From a virus (Duplodnaviria > Caudoviricetes), in IMG/VR virus record IMGVR_UViG_3300025770_001265, positions 1 through 59,912 of that record: 59,912 bases of DNA; one strand, written 5' to 3'. The notes under the pieces are model-generated. The model saw nothing but the letters and a program-made list of their open reading frames with translations, was not told the origin of the DNA and did no database searches. Shown here piece by piece: positions 58,182 to 59,912 of this stretch (positions within the stretch are counted from its first letter, which is position 1; the number at the start of each line of letters is the position of its first letter). The position numbers were made by a program, and so were the translations under genes.

Positions 58182-58275
58182 CGAAGGCCTGTTAGCCCTC
58201 GCTTATAAACACCTTGGGGAAGGGATATGGAGACATTGTTTATAAGTTGAGGGCTTAGGTTTCGCCCTTTTTTTT
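58182..58275 (+). ncRNA. Long interrupted hairpin followed by a U-tract (RNA unit and/or terminator)
   Basis: CGAAGGCCT/AGGTTTCG, AGCCCTC/GAGGGCT and GCTTATAAACA/TGTTTATAAGT, then CCC and T8. Confidence 0.55.
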
Positions 58276-58307
58276 AACCACTAATAATATCAACAAAAGG
58301 ATTAGCT

Positions 58308-59912
58308 ATGATGGAACCAGCGCAAAGCCCACTTCTTAAGGGGCTAGAAGAAAACTTAAGTAATATGACAACCACCGAAAACGGAGCTCTAGCATATAAG
58401 AGATCCGGAAATGAATTGGTTGATGCCTTCGAAAGAATCGGAGGAAGTAGACAAGACCCAGAAGCATTCTGGTCAATATTCTTAGCCGCCTATTATACAG
58501 ACGCTTTAAAAGCTCTGAAAATTCTCTTCTACGGGAGAAACCCTCGAGGGGGTATGGGCGAGCGTCAGTTGTTTAGACACACGATCAGCAACATGGCAAG
58601 TAATGCGGATCCTCAATTAGTTGAGCATCTTATAATGAATCTTGGTAATATTTCCTTACTTGGGAGATGGGATGATTTATTGTGCTTGATTGATGAGAAA
58701 CGCCAGATCGACGATCATGGACCTACTGTCGGAAAGATGGTTATGGACTATTTAGGTTATTCACTTTCTAGAGATCTAGGAATTGACCCCGAACATCGAA
58801 ATAGTCCTATATCGCTTTTAGCTAAATGGCTACCAAGCGATAATACCTCTAGTAGGAAAACGAGAGCCTTGGCTTCCAAGTTGAAGAAACAATGGGGAAT
58901 GTCCTCTACTGAGTATAGAGGGATATTAAAGAAACTACGCCAACAACTTGGTGATGCTGTCGTAGAGACTAAAATGTCCAGAAAGAAGTTTGAGACCATT
59001 GATTTCTCCAAGGTATGTTCCAAGGCCATGCTGACTTATAGCAAAAGTTTCCTTAAGCACGACTTAGAGCGTTATGAGGCTTGGCAGTTAGATGTTGCTG
59101 AAGGAAAGTCCAAAGTGAATGCTAGCGTACTATACCCCTATGAGATTGTACGTAGTGCACATCAAGTAGACCTGATTCGGGAAGAAAGTGCATTAGCTGA
59201 ATCAGAGATACTCTCTCTGGATAATCAATGGAACGCATTGCCTGACTATCTAACGGCTGAAGATGGCTCCAAGACAAATGCCTTGGCAGTTATTGACGTA
59301 TCTAGCAGCATGCATCAGATAGTATCCGGCAAGACATCGGCTATGGACGTTGCTATAAGTTTGGGGATTTATATCGCACAAAGATGTAGCAATGCCTTTC
59401 AAGGTAGTTTCATGACTTTTGCGAGTAATCCTAGCCTAGTCCAATTAGAGGGTGATAACATTGTCGATATAATTCACAATGTAGCTGGAGCTGACTGGGG
59501 TGGTTCAACTAATCTGATAGCCTCATTCGAACTCATTCTAAAGGTTGCAAAGGAAAAGCAATTAGATCAAAAGGATCTGCCGGAATGGATATTCATCCCA
59601 TCGGACTGTGAGTTTGATTACCAGGTTCGTATATCAGATGAAGATCATGAAATGACACCTCATCAAACTATCGCAAGAAAGTTTACAGAGGCAGGGTATG
59701 TCATACCTAAGCTTGTCTATTGGAATCTTTGCTCTCGTCAGCAACAAGTTCCAATGAGTCATAATGACTACGGTATGATGGTATCAGGTTTCTCACCAGC
59801 CATTCTCAAAGCAGTTTTCGCTGCTAAGGAGATTACTCCGACTGATGTAATGGAAGCAGCCATTAACGATCCTGTTTATGACTGCATAAAGATAGATACG
59901 AACGTCGTCCAA
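58308..59912 (+). CDS. DUF2828-like Ro60/TROVE-related vWA protein (runs off the window end, nearly complete; absent from the ORF track)
   Basis: Manual translation from ATG 58308: TTTENGALAY, RNPRGGMGERQLF, GRWDDL, LLAKWLPS, VNASVLYPYEIV, QWNALPDY, MIDAS-like VIDVSSSM, AISLG, WGGSTN, SDCEFD, VYWNL, SGFSP. Confidence 0.85.
   Translation, partial: MMEPAQSPLLKGLEENLSNMTTTENGALAYKRSGNELVDAFERIGGSRQDPEAFWSIFLAAYYTDALKALKILFYGRNPRGGMGERQLFRHTISNMASNADPQLVEHLIMNLGNISLLGRWDDLLCLIDEKRQIDDHGPTVGKMVMDYLGYSLSRDLGIDPEHRNSPISLLAKWLPSDNTSSRKTRALASKLKKQWGMSSTEYRGILKKLRQQLGDAVVETKMSRKKFETIDFSKVCSKAMLTYSKSFLKHDLERYEAWQLDVAEGKSKVNASVLYPYEIVRSAHQVDLIREESALAESEILSLDNQWNALPDYLTAEDGSKTNALAVIDVSSSMHQIVSGKTSAMDVAISLGIYIAQRCSNAFQGSFMTFASNPSLVQLEGDNIVDIIHNVAGADWGGSTNLIASFELILKVAKEKQLDQKDLPEWIFIPSDCEFDYQVRISDEDHEMTPHQTIARKFTEAGYVIPKLVYWNLCSRQQQVPMSHNDYGMMVSGFSPAILKAVFAAKEITPTDVMEAAINDPVYDCIKIDTNVVQ

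Noticed and set aside
58757-59029. 90-aa minus-strand ORF
   Set aside because: Antisense to the DUF2828-like gene.
1-59912. Alternative genetic code or eukaryotic giant-virus origin
   Set aside because: Long ORFs are intact in the standard code with TAA, TAG and TGA all used as stops; overlapping operons, terminase, portal, DnaB/DnaG and intrinsic terminators indicate a bacteriophage.

Overview
This window looks like a segment of a large, AT-rich dsDNA tailed-phage genome; the host cannot be determined from the sequence. Left to right it contains: (i) giant modular, Ser-rich putative virion/adhesin proteins, one fusing a trypsin-like protease, a cupredoxin-like motif and DUF285-type repeats, followed by an FkbM-like methyltransferase; (ii) head-related hypothetical proteins with recurring K-x-A motifs, a lambda GpA-type large terminase and a CMP-nonulosonate synthetase; (iii) a replication/recombination block (SbcD, SbcC, a RAMP-like small protein, SF2 helicase, DnaB, an initiator-like wHTH protein with internal iteron-like repeats, primase, UDG-PolA fusion, putative SSB, RecA, RecQ); (iv) a putative portal and more K-x-A proteins; (v) small hypothetical genes. 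Six copies of a promoter-like motif TG(C/A)AAT-N17-TATATA lie in intergenic gaps between 17 and 57 kb. The most striking feature is at the right end. An ~850-nt ORF-poor, densely structured RNA array sits directly upstream of a DUF2828-like (Ro60/TROVE-related, vWA) gene that the ORF track missed. The array holds a permuted tRNA-mimic resembling YrlA Y RNA and three to four unrelated stems sharing a C(A/T)G(C/T)A loop motif. All assignments come from motif recognition and base-pairing by eye; no searches or folding programs were run.
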